Source: a virus. From it: a stretch of DNA of 64,000 nt. The DNA lies in the IMG/VR virus record IMGVR_UViG_3300025816_000008, positions 25,976 to 89,975 of that record; one strand, 5' to 3'. Below, one piece after another: positions 39,663-49,914 of the stretch. Both the position numbers and the translations under genes were made by a program. The notes beneath the pieces were generated by a model that did not search any database, was not told where the DNA came from, and worked only from the letters and a program-made list of their open reading frames with translations. The stretch's first letter is position 1; every line of letters begins with the position of its first letter.

Positions 39663-41374
39663 TTATATTTAAAAACTTACGTTGGAAAAACTTCTTATCG
39701 ACTGGTGATAAGTGGACAGAAATTAACTTAAATAAAATATCATCAACATTAATTGTTGGTCAGAATGGCTCTGGCAAATCAACTATGCTTGATGCCTTAT
39801 CTTTTGCCTTATTTGGTAAGCCTCATCGTAACATTAATAAACCACAATTAGTTAATAGTATTAACAATCGTGATTGTATTGTTGAGGTAAATTTTACTAT
39901 AGGAAAGTATGAATATAAGGTTATACGTGGAATTAAGCCACAAATCTTTGAAATCTGGAGGAATGATTCTTTATTAAATCAATCATCTCATGCAAAGGAA
40001 TATCAAAAAATACTTGAGCAAAATCTTCTTAAATTGAACCATAAATCTTTTCATCAGATCGTTGTGTTAGGTAGCAGCTCGTTCATTCCATTCATGCAAC
40101 TACCGGCTCAACATCGTAGAGATGTAATTGAAGACTTACTTGATATTAACATATTTTCAAAGATGAATATGCTTATTAAAGAAAAGAACAGTATTGTAAA
40201 AGAAAAACTAAAAGATCTTAATTATAACTTGGATATCGTAAAAAATAAAATAGAATCTCAAAAAAAATATATTAGAGACATAACTCAAATTAATACGGAT
40301 GAGATCAATGATAAAGAAGAAAAAATTAAAGAAGTACAAGAGATCATCAAAGACCTACAATTATCTAATTCCGAACTTTCATCTTTTATTCAAGAGTATG
40401 CCGAAAAATGTTCCACGGCGCTCAAAACAGCAAATGATAAAAAACAGATCATTTTGTCAGATAAGGCTACAACATCATCTTCCATTAAAAACGTCGTTAT
40501 CGCTTCGAAATTTTACAAAGAGAATGACACATGTCCTACCTGTACACAGACTATCGAACCGAATTTTAAGCAGGGGAAGGTTGATAGTCTCAAAACCGAA
40601 GCAATCGAGCTTAAGCAAACGATGGATACGTTACAGGAACAAGCCGAAGAGATAACAGAGAATTTAGATAAGTGGACAAAAGCACACGAAGAAATAAGAG
40701 AAAAACAATCAACATTGCATTCTAATAATAAAAACATTGAAATATATCAAGATCAAATTAGCGAATATAATAATGATATTTCTAGACTAACATCTAGAGA
40801 AGGTGATCTTTCCACTGCTAATTCCGATTTACTTGATATGCGTACTCAGCACGATCAATACATGGAATCACGTTTTGAATTAAATGAACAATATTCCTAT
40901 AATAGTGTTATGAGTGAAATGCTTAAAGATACTGGGATTAAGACAAAGGTCATCAAACAATATATTCCTGTTATCAACAAACTGGTTAATCAGTATCTTC
41001 AGGTTCTAGATTTCTTTGTTCATTTTAATCTAGATGAAAGCTTTCAAGAAACTATTAGATCACGTCATCGTGACGCCTTTTCATATGATTCGTTTTCTGA
41101 AGGTGAGAAACAGCGTATTGATCTGGCATTATTGTTTACTTGGAGAATGATTGCTAAGATGAAGAACTCAGTTGCTACTAATCTTTTGATTCTTGATGAG
41201 ACATTTGACAGCTCACTTGATCATGATGGTGTAGATAACCTGATGAAAATATTACATACCTTAGATGATGATACAAACGTGTTTGTTATCTCTCATAAGG
41301 GAGAGATCCTTGATGGAAAATTCAAAGAAAAACTTGAATTCTATAAAGACAAAAACTTTAGTAAAGTAAAATAA
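39659..41374 (+). CDS. g46: Recombination ATPase gp46 (Rad50-like)
   Basis: GQNGSGKS, CPTC zinc hook, FSEGEK and LILDE motifs. Confidence 0.96.
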   Translation: MIIFKNLRWKNFLSTGDKWTEINLNKISSTLIVGQNGSGKSTMLDALSFALFGKPHRNINKPQLVNSINNRDCIVEVNFTIGKYEYKVIRGIKPQIFEIWRNDSLLNQSSHAKEYQKILEQNLLKLNHKSFHQIVVLGSSSFIPFMQLPAQHRRDVIEDLLDINIFSKMNMLIKEKNSIVKEKLKDLNYNLDIVKNKIESQKKYIRDITQINTDEINDKEEKIKEVQEIIKDLQLSNSELSSFIQEYAEKCSTALKTANDKKQIILSDKATTSSSIKNVVIASKFYKENDTCPTCTQTIEPNFKQGKVDSLKTEAIELKQTMDTLQEQAEEITENLDKWTKAHEEIREKQSTLHSNNKNIEIYQDQISEYNNDISRLTSREGDLSTANSDLLDMRTQHDQYMESRFELNEQYSYNSVMSEMLKDTGIKTKVIKQYIPVINKLVNQYLQVLDFFVHFNLDESFQETIRSRHRDAFSYDSFSEGEKQRIDLALLFTWRMIAKMKNSVATNLLILDETFDSSLDHDGVDNLMKILHTLDDDTNVFVISHKGEILDGKFKEKLEFYKDKNFSKVK

Positions 41375-41379
41375 AGTTA

Positions 41380-41408
41380 TTTACAAATACAATAAAATAT
41401 GATATAAT
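41380..41408 (+). promoter_or_regulatory. Early-type promoter TTTACA-17-TATAAT
   Basis: Consensus with TG extension, before g45. Confidence 0.8.
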
Positions 41409-41437
41409 TAATATAATTGAAACATGGAGAATATATA

Positions 41438-42115
41438 ATGGAACTAACTGAAAACACTTTACAAATCTTAAAGAACTTTTCAGCAATTAATTCTAATATT
41501 GTTATTAGGGAAGGCAATACGGTTCAAACTATTGCTGAAGCTAAAAATCTTTTGGCTAAAGCTGAAGTAACCGAACGCTTTCCTCAAGATTTTGGTGTGT
41601 ATGATCTCAGTGAATTTTTAGGGGTTCTCGGTCTTGTAGATCAACCGCAGCTTGAGTTTAGTGATGAATATGTCACAATTGCTGATTCAACCGGTAGATC
41701 AAAGGTTAAGTATTTCTTTGCTGATCCAGATATGCTTACAACAGTATCAAAGGAAGTTAAATTTCCAGGCGCTGACATTAAGCTTACTCTAGATAATACT
41801 ACACTAGGTCGTATTAAAAGGGCGGCAGCGGCGCTTGGTCATAACGAGCTTGTTATTACACCAGATGGCGATGGCACTGCTATGTTAACCGTAACTACTT
41901 CTAATAACTCGACATCAAATACTTATTCTATTAGCATACCAGTTGAGTCAACTGAGAGTATATATAAACTTGTATTTAATATTTCTAATATTAAAATTTT
42001 AGCCGGAGATTATGATGTTGAAATTTCATCAAAACTAATCTCTAAATTTACTAATTCAGCTAATTCTATGAATTACTGGATTGCACTTGAAAAAACGTCA
42101 ACATACGGAGAATAA
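41438..42115 (+). CDS. g45: Sliding clamp gp45
   Basis: LKNFSAIN, FGVYDLSEFL and YWIALE motifs; the SD favours the ATG at 41438. Confidence 0.95.
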   Translation: MELTENTLQILKNFSAINSNIVIREGNTVQTIAEAKNLLAKAEVTERFPQDFGVYDLSEFLGVLGLVDQPQLEFSDEYVTIADSTGRSKVKYFFADPDMLTTVSKEVKFPGADIKLTLDNTTLGRIKRAAAALGHNELVITPDGDGTAMLTVTTSNNSTSNTYSISIPVESTESIYKLVFNISNIKILAGDYDVEISSKLISKFTNSANSMNYWIALEKTSTYGE

Positions 42116-42120
42116 TAATT

Positions 42121-42315
42121 ATGGCTGACCATAAGAAATCTTACGACCTCATGAATCAAATCTCGCGATCTTCTATTGCGATTATCGATACCATTACACA
42201 GCGAGGCGGCTTTCGTGGAGAAGAACTTTCCACTATCGGTCAACTTCGAGACCAATGTGCTCAAGCAGTACAAGTGGTAGAATCTTGGAAGCAAGAAGAA
42301 TCGGAAGCTGAATAA
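42121..42315 (+). CDS. Hypothetical protein
   Basis: IDTITQRGGFRGEELSTIG; good SD. Confidence 0.7.
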   Translation: MADHKKSYDLMNQISRSSIAIIDTITQRGGFRGEELSTIGQLRDQCAQAVQVVESWKQEESEAE

Positions 42316-42339
42316 TAACCTTTAAGGATAGACTATATA

Positions 42340-43284
42340 ATGAATCTTGATAATGAATTTCTGTGGGTTGAAAAATATCGCCCACAAACGATTGAACAAA
42401 CTATCCTACCTTCTGAATTAAAATCAACATTTTTAGAAATTGTCAAGACCGGTGAACTCCCAAATATGTTATTTACGGGGTCTGCCGGCCTAGGCAAAAC
42501 TACTGTTGCAAAAGCATTATGTAATTCTCTTGACTTAGATTACATTTTAGTGAATGGTTCTGAAGAAGGTAACATTGATACCCTTCGTGGTAAAATAAAA
42601 CAATTTGCTTCATCATTATCTTTACAGGGTGGCTACAAAGTAGTCATCCTTGATGAAGCTGATTACTTAAACGCTCAATCAACTCAACCGGCTTTAAGGG
42701 CTTTTATTGAAGAGTTTTCTAACAATTGTCGGTTTATCTTAACCTGTAATTTTAAAAATCGTATTATTGAACCACTTCATTCTCGATGTGGTGTATATGA
42801 ATTTAATACTTCAAAGAAAGATCTAAGCGAATTGGCTAAAGATTTTTTTAGGCATACTCGTAATATTCTTGAACAAGAAAATATTACATATGATGCAAAA
42901 GATCTTGTTAATATAATTATGAAACATGCTCCAGATTGGAGGAGAGTCTTAAATGAACTTCAAAGACGATCAGTGGGTGGTAGTTTTAGTAGTAGTGGTT
43001 CTTCTAGTTCTTCTATCACTGAAATTGACTTACTCTTGAAATGTATTAAAGAAAAAGATTTTAAGAAAATGAGAAGCTGGGTTGTTAATAATATTGACAC
43101 CGATGCTTCTGCTATTTTTCGTGGAATTTATGATCGCATGTATAATCATATGAAACCAAATTCTGTTCCGCAGGTTGTTCTTATTCTTGCGGACTATCAA
43201 TATAAACAAGCTTTTGTCGCTGATCAAGAACTGAATGTGGTTGCTTGTATGACAGAGCTAATGGCTAACGTGGAGTTCCAATAA
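42340..43284 (+). CDS. g44: Clamp loader large subunit gp44
   Basis: LWVEKYRP, GLGKTT, DEAD and SRC motifs. Confidence 0.97.
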   Translation: MNLDNEFLWVEKYRPQTIEQTILPSELKSTFLEIVKTGELPNMLFTGSAGLGKTTVAKALCNSLDLDYILVNGSEEGNIDTLRGKIKQFASSLSLQGGYKVVILDEADYLNAQSTQPALRAFIEEFSNNCRFILTCNFKNRIIEPLHSRCGVYEFNTSKKDLSELAKDFFRHTRNILEQENITYDAKDLVNIIMKHAPDWRRVLNELQRRSVGGSFSSSGSSSSSITEIDLLLKCIKEKDFKKMRSWVVNNIDTDASAIFRGIYDRMYNHMKPNSVPQVVLILADYQYKQAFVADQELNVVACMTELMANVEFQ

Positions 43285-43868
43285 TGGATAATGCTGTAGT
43301 ATATGACTTTGAAACGTTATCTCAAGATGCGGTAAATGGTGTAGTAATTTCTTTTGCTATGTTATCATTTGACGAATCACGATTTATTACTAAGCCATAT
43401 GAGTATGAAGAACTGTTAAAGAATTGTCACATGATTAAATTTAATGTTGATGAACAAGTCAAAGAATATGGTAGATCTGTTCAAAAGGATACTATTGAGT
43501 GGTGGAAGAATCAGCCTAAAGAAGCACAGTTGCAACTTAAACCGTCTGAAGATGATGTGTCAATTGTTGAGCTATATGATTTTTTTGTTGAGCATCAACC
43601 TAGCAATCTTAAAAAGCTATACACACGTGGTAATACTTTTGATCCTGTTTTCTTTGATTATATTATGAAAGATACTGATAATATTACACCATATCCATGG
43701 TGGATAGTCCGTGATACACGGTCGCTTATTGATGGTATGGCATGGGGTACAGATCTAAATAACAAGTTCATGCCGCCCACGGTCGGGGATAAATTTATTC
43801 ATCATGATCCAAAGCACGATATTGCGGTTGATGTTATGAGAATTCAAACCGTGGCTCAATCACTATGA
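43284..43868 (+). CDS. dexA: DexA-like DEDDh 3'-5' exonuclease
   Basis: YDFETL, RGNTFD, RDTRS and HDPKHD motifs. Confidence 0.8.
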   Translation: MDNAVVYDFETLSQDAVNGVVISFAMLSFDESRFITKPYEYEELLKNCHMIKFNVDEQVKEYGRSVQKDTIEWWKNQPKEAQLQLKPSEDDVSIVELYDFFVEHQPSNLKKLYTRGNTFDPVFFDYIMKDTDNITPYPWWIVRDTRSLIDGMAWGTDLNNKFMPPTVGDKFIHHDPKHDIAVDVMRIQTVAQSL

Positions 43869-44245
43869 GTCCCTTTGATTATCTAAACAGTATAAACACA
43901 TCAAAGAAAGACATTATGTCTGATGATCTTGATGAAAAAGACTATGCAGCCTTTGTAATTAATAGAACTCTATCATATTTTAATGATACCGTCTTGATGG
44001 CAAATGAAATGAATTTAAATGCTCATCTGGACAATAGACTTCAATATGATTTTTATCGACAAATCGTCAGACAGCGTAAACGATTTTCTAAATGGACAAA
44101 GGAAGATAAGTCAAAAGACATTGATGCTATTAAAGAATACTATGGATATTCAAAAGAAAAAGCTTACCAAGTACTCTCACTTATTAATAAAGAGCACCTT
44201 GATAAAATTCATTCAGCAATTAGTAAAGGTGGTAAAACCCGCTAA
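43865..44245 (+). CDS. g62: Clamp loader small subunit gp62
   Basis: PFDYLNSIN, NEMN, RKRFSKW and KEYYGYS motifs. Confidence 0.93.
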   Translation: MSPFDYLNSINTSKKDIMSDDLDEKDYAAFVINRTLSYFNDTVLMANEMNLNAHLDNRLQYDFYRQIVRQRKRFSKWTKEDKSKDIDAIKEYYGYSKEKAYQVLSLINKEHLDKIHSAISKGGKTR

Positions 44246-44257
44246 AAATTTAATTAG

Positions 44258-44265
44258 TATAAATA
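44258..44265 (+). promoter_or_regulatory. Late promoter TATAAATA upstream of regA
   Basis: Exact consensus. Confidence 0.65.
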
Positions 44266-44320
44266 TAGCTATCATGAGTACATTATCGTGAATAGAATAT
44301 ATTAGAAGTGAGTTGAAAAA

Positions 44321-44734
44321 ATGAATGAAGAAGCTACTTTAGTAGACTGGTCTCCTGATTCAATGTTGGAGATTACTCTTAACGATCCAGATGATTTTCT
44401 AAAAGTTAGAGAAACTCTTACACGCATTGGCGTGGCATCCCGAAAAGAAAAAAAACTATTTCAATCTTGCCATATTTTACATAAGCAAGGTCGTTATTTT
44501 ATTGTACATTTTAAGGAATTGTTTTTACTTGATGGTAAAAAATCCACATTAGAAGAAAGTGATGTTGCTAGACGAAATACTATTGCAACATTAATTTCTG
44601 ATTGGGGTTTAATCACCATCGACAATTCTGAAAAAGCTAAACCAGTTGCTCCCTTAAGACAGATTAAAATTATATCTTTTAAGGATAAAGATCAGTGGGA
44701 GCTTTGTCCAAAGTATAATATTGGCCGAAAATAA
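44321..44734 (+). CDS. regA: Translational repressor RegA
   Basis: DFLKVRETLTRIG and QSCHILHKQGRYFIVHFKELF motifs. Confidence 0.97.
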   Translation: MNEEATLVDWSPDSMLEITLNDPDDFLKVRETLTRIGVASRKEKKLFQSCHILHKQGRYFIVHFKELFLLDGKKSTLEESDVARRNTIATLISDWGLITIDNSEKAKPVAPLRQIKIISFKDKDQWELCPKYNIGRK

Positions 44735-44791
44735 TATTTTTTTGATATAGCCTATTTACTTTTTTAAATAAAGTACTATATATACTATAGA

Positions 44792-44881
44792 GGCAATTCG
44801 TAGGAATTGTCCAAATACGGCGGGATGCAGAACAATCTGGTCCCAGAACATTCTTGCTTGGAAGAGGAGAACACCAAAATG
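44792..44881 (+). promoter_or_regulatory. Three-hairpin 5'UTR, ROSE-like RNA thermometer
   Basis: Hairpins at 44792-44811, 44822-44844 and 44851-44869. The last has UUGCU pairing with the AGGAG SD and a bulged G. Confidence 0.65.
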
Positions 44882-45349
44882 ACAGGCATACAAACACTAT
44901 TTCCGCGATCATCTTTTGTAGGATTCGATCATCTGTTTAATGAAATGGAACACACCGTTCGTCACGCAGCTGATCATTATCCACCCCATAATATTATTAG
45001 AGCATCTGAGCACGAGTATCTTATTGAACTCGCAGTTGCTGGTTTTTCAAAAGATGAATTATCAATCGAAGTTAAAGATAGAACTTTAATGATAACAGGA
45101 GAACACGTAAGTAAAGGGAGAGACTTTATTCATCGTGGTATTAGTACCAAGAAGTTTAAACGTACTTTTCGATTGTCTGAACACGTTCAAGTAAACGGAG
45201 CAGATATTCAAGATGGCATACTTGCTGTAGAACTGAAGTATGAAATCCCAGAAGAAATGCGTCCTCGTAAAATCAAAATTGGTCAAACGAGGAAAACAAA
45301 TGACACAAGTAATATTAACAGCACACAACTACTCAACGAAAGCAATTGA
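44879..45349 (+). CDS. hsp20: Small heat-shock protein Hsp20 (IbpA-like)
   Basis: YPPHNI, IELAVAGF, HRGIS..F.R.F.L and DGIL..PEEMRPRKI motifs; start reassigned to the ATG after the SD. Confidence 0.93.
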   Translation: MTGIQTLFPRSSFVGFDHLFNEMEHTVRHAADHYPPHNIIRASEHEYLIELAVAGFSKDELSIEVKDRTLMITGEHVSKGRDFIHRGISTKKFKRTFRLSEHVQVNGADIQDGILAVELKYEIPEEMRPRKIKIGQTRKTNDTSNINSTQLLNESN

Positions 45350-45578
45350 GCTAATTATTGAATCACTATCTTCATTTTGGAAGCATCTAAAATTTAGAAA
45401 TGGAGTTAGAGAAACACGTAATGAACTTAAATCATTAAATGATAAAGAATTACGTGATATTGGTATCACAAGAGGTGATATTGAAGCAATTGCACGAGGT
45501 GACTGGGAATTTGTTCGAAGAGCAAACTATCGTTATTCCGAACCAGCATCCAATCCTAATTTAAAAGGATGGAGCTAA
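45300..45578 (+). CDS. DUF1127 (YjiS-like) small protein
   Basis: R..R.TRNEL.SL.DKELRDIGITRGDI signature. Confidence 0.85.
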   Translation: MTQVILTAHNYSTKAIELIIESLSSFWKHLKFRNGVRETRNELKSLNDKELRDIGITRGDIEAIARGDWEFVRRANYRYSEPASNPNLKGWS

Positions 45579-45751
45579 TGGCAACAAGTATAGCATCTAC
45601 TATATTTTCGCCATTGTCGGGATTTTGGTCTGCATTCGAACGCTTCAGCTTGGCGATGGGATATTCCAGGGCAGCGGCGGAACTCGCACGAATGGGATAT
45701 TACGAGGAATCGAAAAAATGTATGATGGAAATGCAAAAATTGCGTAGCTAA
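45578..45751 (+). CDS. Small hypothetical protein
   Basis: TAATG overlap with the DUF1127 gene; GYSRAAAELARMGY helix. Confidence 0.65.
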   Translation: MATSIASTIFSPLSGFWSAFERFSLAMGYSRAAAELARMGYYEESKKCMMEMQKLRS

Positions 45752-45753
45752 CA

Positions 45754-45777
45754 AAAAAGGGCAGAAATGCCCTTTTT
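45754..45777 (+). terminator. Terminator (bidirectional-type) after the hsp20 operon
   Basis: AAAAAAGGGCA-GAAA-TGCCCTTTTT. Confidence 0.85.
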
Positions 45778-45804
45778 AACTTTTTAACATAAAGGAACAC
45801 ACAC

Positions 45805-46026
45805 ATGACACAGAAAAACCCTTTTGAAATTAGAGCTGAAATGCTTCAAATGGCTAAAGACTATATGGATCAACAATATAAAATGAATATTCAACTTGCT
45901 ACCGATATGTATGATCAAGGCCAAAAGAATATGACTGAATTGCAAGATGCGTACAAAATGTATTCAGTTGAAGATATGATGGCAAAGGCCAAAGAAATGT
46001 ATTCTTTTGTCTCGAAGAAAGATTAA
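45805..46026 (+). CDS. Hypothetical protein
   Basis: KNPFEIRAEMLQMAKDY...AKEMYSFV; SD AAGGA. Confidence 0.75.
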   Translation: MTQKNPFEIRAEMLQMAKDYMDQQYKMNIQLATDMYDQGQKNMTELQDAYKMYSVEDMMAKAKEMYSFVSKKD

Positions 46027-46029
46027 AGG

Positions 46030-46058
46030 TTTACATTACCTCTATATTATGTTATAAT
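46030..46058 (+). promoter_or_regulatory. Early-type promoter TTTACA-17-TATAAT for g43
   Basis: Consensus match. Confidence 0.8.
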
Positions 46059-46081
46059 TACTCCAATGACGGAGGAATGTT

Positions 46082-48685
46082 TTGAATAATTTTTATACAT
46101 CTATCAATCGCCATAAAGGTGAAATTTTGTATCGTGGTTATACTGCTAATGGTACTCGGATTGAAAAACGTGAAAAGTTCGGTCCAACATTTTTTTTACC
46201 ATCAAAGGATCCATCTAAATACCGATCCCTTGATGGTAATTATTTAAACTCATATCAGTTTGATACAATGTATCAAGGTAAAGAATTTCTAGACACATAC
46301 AAAGATATGGAAGGCGTGAAAGTCTACGGAACTAGGAATTACGTTCATCAATATATTACTGATAACTTTCCAACTGATATAGAATTTAATCAGAAACATA
46401 TTAATATAGTTAATTTTGATATTGAAGTTGCATCAGATGATGGATTTCCTAGTCCGGATGTGGCATTACATCCAGTTATTTCAATAGCTTTAAAATCCAG
46501 TAAGTCATCTATATATCAAGTTTGGGGTTTAGACGAATACGATCCTGCTAAGACTGAACTAGATATGGCTGGCAATCATATCAAATATCATAAATGTAAT
46601 ACTGAAACTGAGTTATTAGTTTCGTTTATAAACTATTGGACTAAAAATTATCCAGACATCGTTACTGGATGGTATATCCGCCAATTTGATATTCCGTATT
46701 TAGTTAATAGAATCTGTAGACTTGCCGGAGAAATACCAGGTGAAGATGGCCAAATAAAATGTAAACCGGCTCGGAGACTTTCTCCGTGGAATAATGTCGG
46801 AACAGGTACATCTCGAGGTCAAAAAAGTGCGAAATATGGTTATGAGTTAGAAGGCATTCAAATTGCTGACTATATTGAATTATTTAAAAAGTTTGGTTAT
46901 TCTTACGGACCTCAAGAGTCTTATAAGCTAGATCATATTGCTTATACCGTACTAGGTGAAAACAAATTATCATATGAAGAGCATGGCAATCTTCACAACT
47001 TATACAAAGCAGACCATCAAAAATTTATTGATTATAATATTAAGGATGTTCAGCTTGTTGACCGCATCGATAGTAAGATGGGTCTTATTAACTTAGTTTT
47101 AACTATGGCCTATAAAGGTGGTGTTAATGTAAGTGATACTTTTGGCACTACGGCTATATGGGAATCAATTATCTATCGCCGCCTTCTTAAAAATGGTGTG
47201 ATACCACCAGTTGAACAGATTTCTCAATGTATGTACGGCTTAGTCGGTAATCCAGACAATCAAACCTATGACGCTAATGGTGCTAAACAAGCTCAGCGTA
47301 CAATTGCAGGTGGTTATGTAAAGTCGCCTCGACCAGGCGCTTATGATTGGGTAGTGTCTTTTGATTTAAATTCACTGTATCCAAATATTATTGTACAATC
47401 TAATATATCGCCTGAGACTATTATTAAAGACAAAACATGGGATCATTTTACTCAAGGTGTTAATCATTATTTAAATAATGATGATATTCAGACCGATGAT
47501 TATTCATTATGTGCTAGTGGCGTGCCATTCAGTAAAAAGAAGCAAGGTATTATTCCAGAGCTTATTGTTGAGTACTATGCAGAACGCAGTGTGATTAAAC
47601 AAAAAATGTTGAAAGTAAAACAAGAATATGAAGAAACAAAAAACAAATCTCTAGAGTCTGAAATCAATCAACTTGAAAATAATCAGATGGCTATTAAAAT
47701 CCTACTTAACTCATTATACGGTGCAATGGCAAATAAGTACTTTAAGTTCTTTGATAATGCTCTTGCAGAGAGCGTTACACTTACCGGTCAACTTTCTATT
47801 AAATGGGCTGAACGGGCTATTAACAATGAAATGAATAAGGTACTTAAAACTAAAGGAAAAGATTATGTTATTGCTATTGACACTGACTCAGTCTATATTA
47901 ATTTTGGTCCTCTTGTTGCTCAACTGGCGCCAGCAGATCCTGTTAAAGCATTGGACAAAATTTGTAAGACACACTTCGAGCCAATGATTGCATCTGCTTA
48001 TGATGAATTATTTCATAAGTTAAATGCGTACACTCCTCGCATGGAAATGGGTAGAGAAGTCATAGCAGATCGTGGTATCTGGACAGCAAAGAAAAGATAT
48101 ATTCTAAATGTGCACAATAATGAAGGTGTGCAATATGCTGAACCGAAACTTAAAATCATGGGTATTGAAGCTATCAAGTCTAGTACTCCTGAAGTCGTCC
48201 GTGATAAATTTAAAGAGATATTTAAGGTTATTATCAAAGGTAATGAATTAAGTACTCGTAAGTTTATAAATGATTTTAAACAAGAATTCAAATCGTTATC
48301 GGCAGAAAAAGTTTCGTTTCCGCGTGGTGTATCTGAACTTGACAAATGGAAAGATCGTCGAACTATCTATAAAAAAGGCACTCCCATACACGTTCGTGGA
48401 GCCTTATTATATAATAATCAAATTAAAGAAAAGTCTCTTGATAAAAAACATGATATGATTCAAAAAGGTGAAAAGATTAAATTTACTTATCTTAAAGTTC
48501 CGAATCCTATTAGGGAAAACGTCATTTCGTTTCCAGATTATTTGCCAGATTCGCTGCATCTAAACAAATATATAGATTATGACAAACAGTTTGAGAAAAC
48601 ATTCATCGAGCCACTTGAACCGATATTAGATGCAGTTGGGTGGTCAGTAAATGAGCAAGCAACATTAGAGGATTTCTTTGGATGA
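46082..48685 (+). CDS. g43: Family B DNA polymerase gp43
   Basis: FDIE exonuclease, [22 protein letters not shown] and KKRY motifs. Confidence 0.98.
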   Translation: MNNFYTSINRHKGEILYRGYTANGTRIEKREKFGPTFFLPSKDPSKYRSLDGNYLNSYQFDTMYQGKEFLDTYKDMEGVKVYGTRNYVHQYITDNFPTDIEFNQKHINIVNFDIEVASDDGFPSPDVALHPVISIALKSSKSSIYQVWGLDEYDPAKTELDMAGNHIKYHKCNTETELLVSFINYWTKNYPDIVTGWYIRQFDIPYLVNRICRLAGEIPGEDGQIKCKPARRLSPWNNVGTGTSRGQKSAKYGYELEGIQIADYIELFKKFGYSYGPQESYKLDHIAYTVLGENKLSYEEHGNLHNLYKADHQKFIDYNIKDVQLVDRIDSKMGLINLVLTMAYKGGVNVSDTFGTTAIWESIIYRRLLKNGVIPPVEQISQCMYGLVGNPDNQTYDANGAKQAQRTIAGGYVKSPRPGAYDWVVSFDLNSLYPNIIVQSNISPETIIKDKTWDHFTQGVNHYLNNDDIQTDDYSLCASGVPFSKKKQGIIPELIVEYYAERSVIKQKMLKVKQEYEETKNKSLESEINQLENNQMAIKILLNSLYGAMANKYFKFFDNALAESVTLTGQLSIKWAERAINNEMNKVLKTKGKDYVIAIDTDSVYINFGPLVAQLAPADPVKALDKICKTHFEPMIASAYDELFHKLNAYTPRMEMGREVIADRGIWTAKKRYILNVHNNEGVQYAEPKLKIMGIEAIKSSTPEVVRDKFKEIFKVIIKGNELSTRKFINDFKQEFKSLSAEKVSFPRGVSELDKWKDRRTIYKKGTPIHVRGALLYNNQIKEKSLDKKHDMIQKGEKIKFTYLKVPNPIRENVISFPDYLPDSLHLNKYIDYDKQFEKTFIEPLEPILDAVGWSVNEQATLEDFFG

Positions 48686-49914
48686 CAAATATTAATATTA
48701 AAACAAATCCAACAGGCCGAAGCCCTGAAAACAAATATTTCTTTGGAGAAAAAACAAAGTGTTTAGATAAGACTCGACCAAAGTATTATAAAGTTGGAAA
48801 GATGGAAGACTTTCTTCAATTTGCAGATCTGATGATACCTAGGTTAATATCTCAATCGATTTATAAAAAACCACTATATCTTGAAACATGTAATATTAGA
48901 TTTAAAATAAATACTAATGATGAAAGACATGAACAATTTGTTAAAAATATGTTTGATGTATTGCCTAATGGTTTTGATCCTAAAGTTTATCCACATAGCG
49001 CACATGATTCTGATTGGACAATTTGGCATAACACGGAATTGAAGGTTGATGAGCCAAAAATCTATGTAAATCTTGATACTAAAACTATGTTAATTGCTGG
49101 GACAACATTTCTAGGTGAAATCAAAAAAGGTATATTTGGTGTAGTTAGTTTTGAACTGCCGAGATATGATATTTTACCAATGCATTGTAGTGCTTTTACA
49201 TATAATGATACGACTAACTTAATGTTTGGATTAAGCGGTACCGGTAAAACTACCCTTAGTAGCGACCCAGATTATAGATTAATTAGTGATGACGAAGTAT
49301 CTTGGAATCACGATGGAATTGAAATGATCGAAACAGGCTGTTATGCAAAAAGCGAAGGGTTAACACCAGAGACACATAAAACTATATTTGATGCAGTAGA
49401 GAAAGCAAGAAATAGTGACTGTTTAGTTGTAGAAAATCCAGGTGTACCAAACGCAAGATTAAGTTATCCTATCACTTGTGTTGAAAACGCGTATCATGAA
49501 CCCCAACAATTTAATCATCCAACTAATATCTTTTTTCTTACTATGGATGCAAAAGGCGTGTTTCCTCCGGTATCTAAAATTTCTGGTGAGACTGTACGAC
49601 GTTTCTTTGAAACTGGATACACGAGCCAAATGCCTGGAACTGAACAGGGAGCAACAGAAATCAAGCCACTTTTTAGTCCTTGTTATGGTTCTCCCTTTAT
49701 GCCAAGACCAATACATGTTTATAGTGATTTACTAATGCAAAAAATTCAGTCTAATGATTGTAACGTATATCTTATTAATACTGGTATGGATAAAGCTGGT
49801 CATAGATACTCATTAGACTTTACTAGAAATTGTGTCAAAGAAGCAATTAACCATGGCACCCGTGACGATAGTAAAAACGTGTTAAATATCTTAGAAAGCT
49901 TAATAAATGAATAA
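48682..49914 (+). CDS. pckA: ATP-dependent PEP carboxykinase, shortened
   Basis: [38 protein letters not shown] and FSPCYGSPF motifs. Confidence 0.88.
   Translation: MTNINIKTNPTGRSPENKYFFGEKTKCLDKTRPKYYKVGKMEDFLQFADLMIPRLISQSIYKKPLYLETCNIRFKINTNDERHEQFVKNMFDVLPNGFDPKVYPHSAHDSDWTIWHNTELKVDEPKIYVNLDTKTMLIAGTTFLGEIKKGIFGVVSFELPRYDILPMHCSAFTYNDTTNLMFGLSGTGKTTLSSDPDYRLISDDEVSWNHDGIEMIETGCYAKSEGLTPETHKTIFDAVEKARNSDCLVVENPGVPNARLSYPITCVENAYHEPQQFNHPTNIFFLTMDAKGVFPPVSKISGETVRRFFETGYTSQMPGTEQGATEIKPLFSPCYGSPFMPRPIHVYSDLLMQKIQSNDCNVYLINTGMDKAGHRYSLDFTRNCVKEAINHGTRDDSKNVLNILESLINE

Noticed and set aside
44807-44878. N-terminal extension of Hsp20 from the TTG at 44807
   Set aside because: The region is a structured leader, and the SD AGGAG points to the ATG at 44879.
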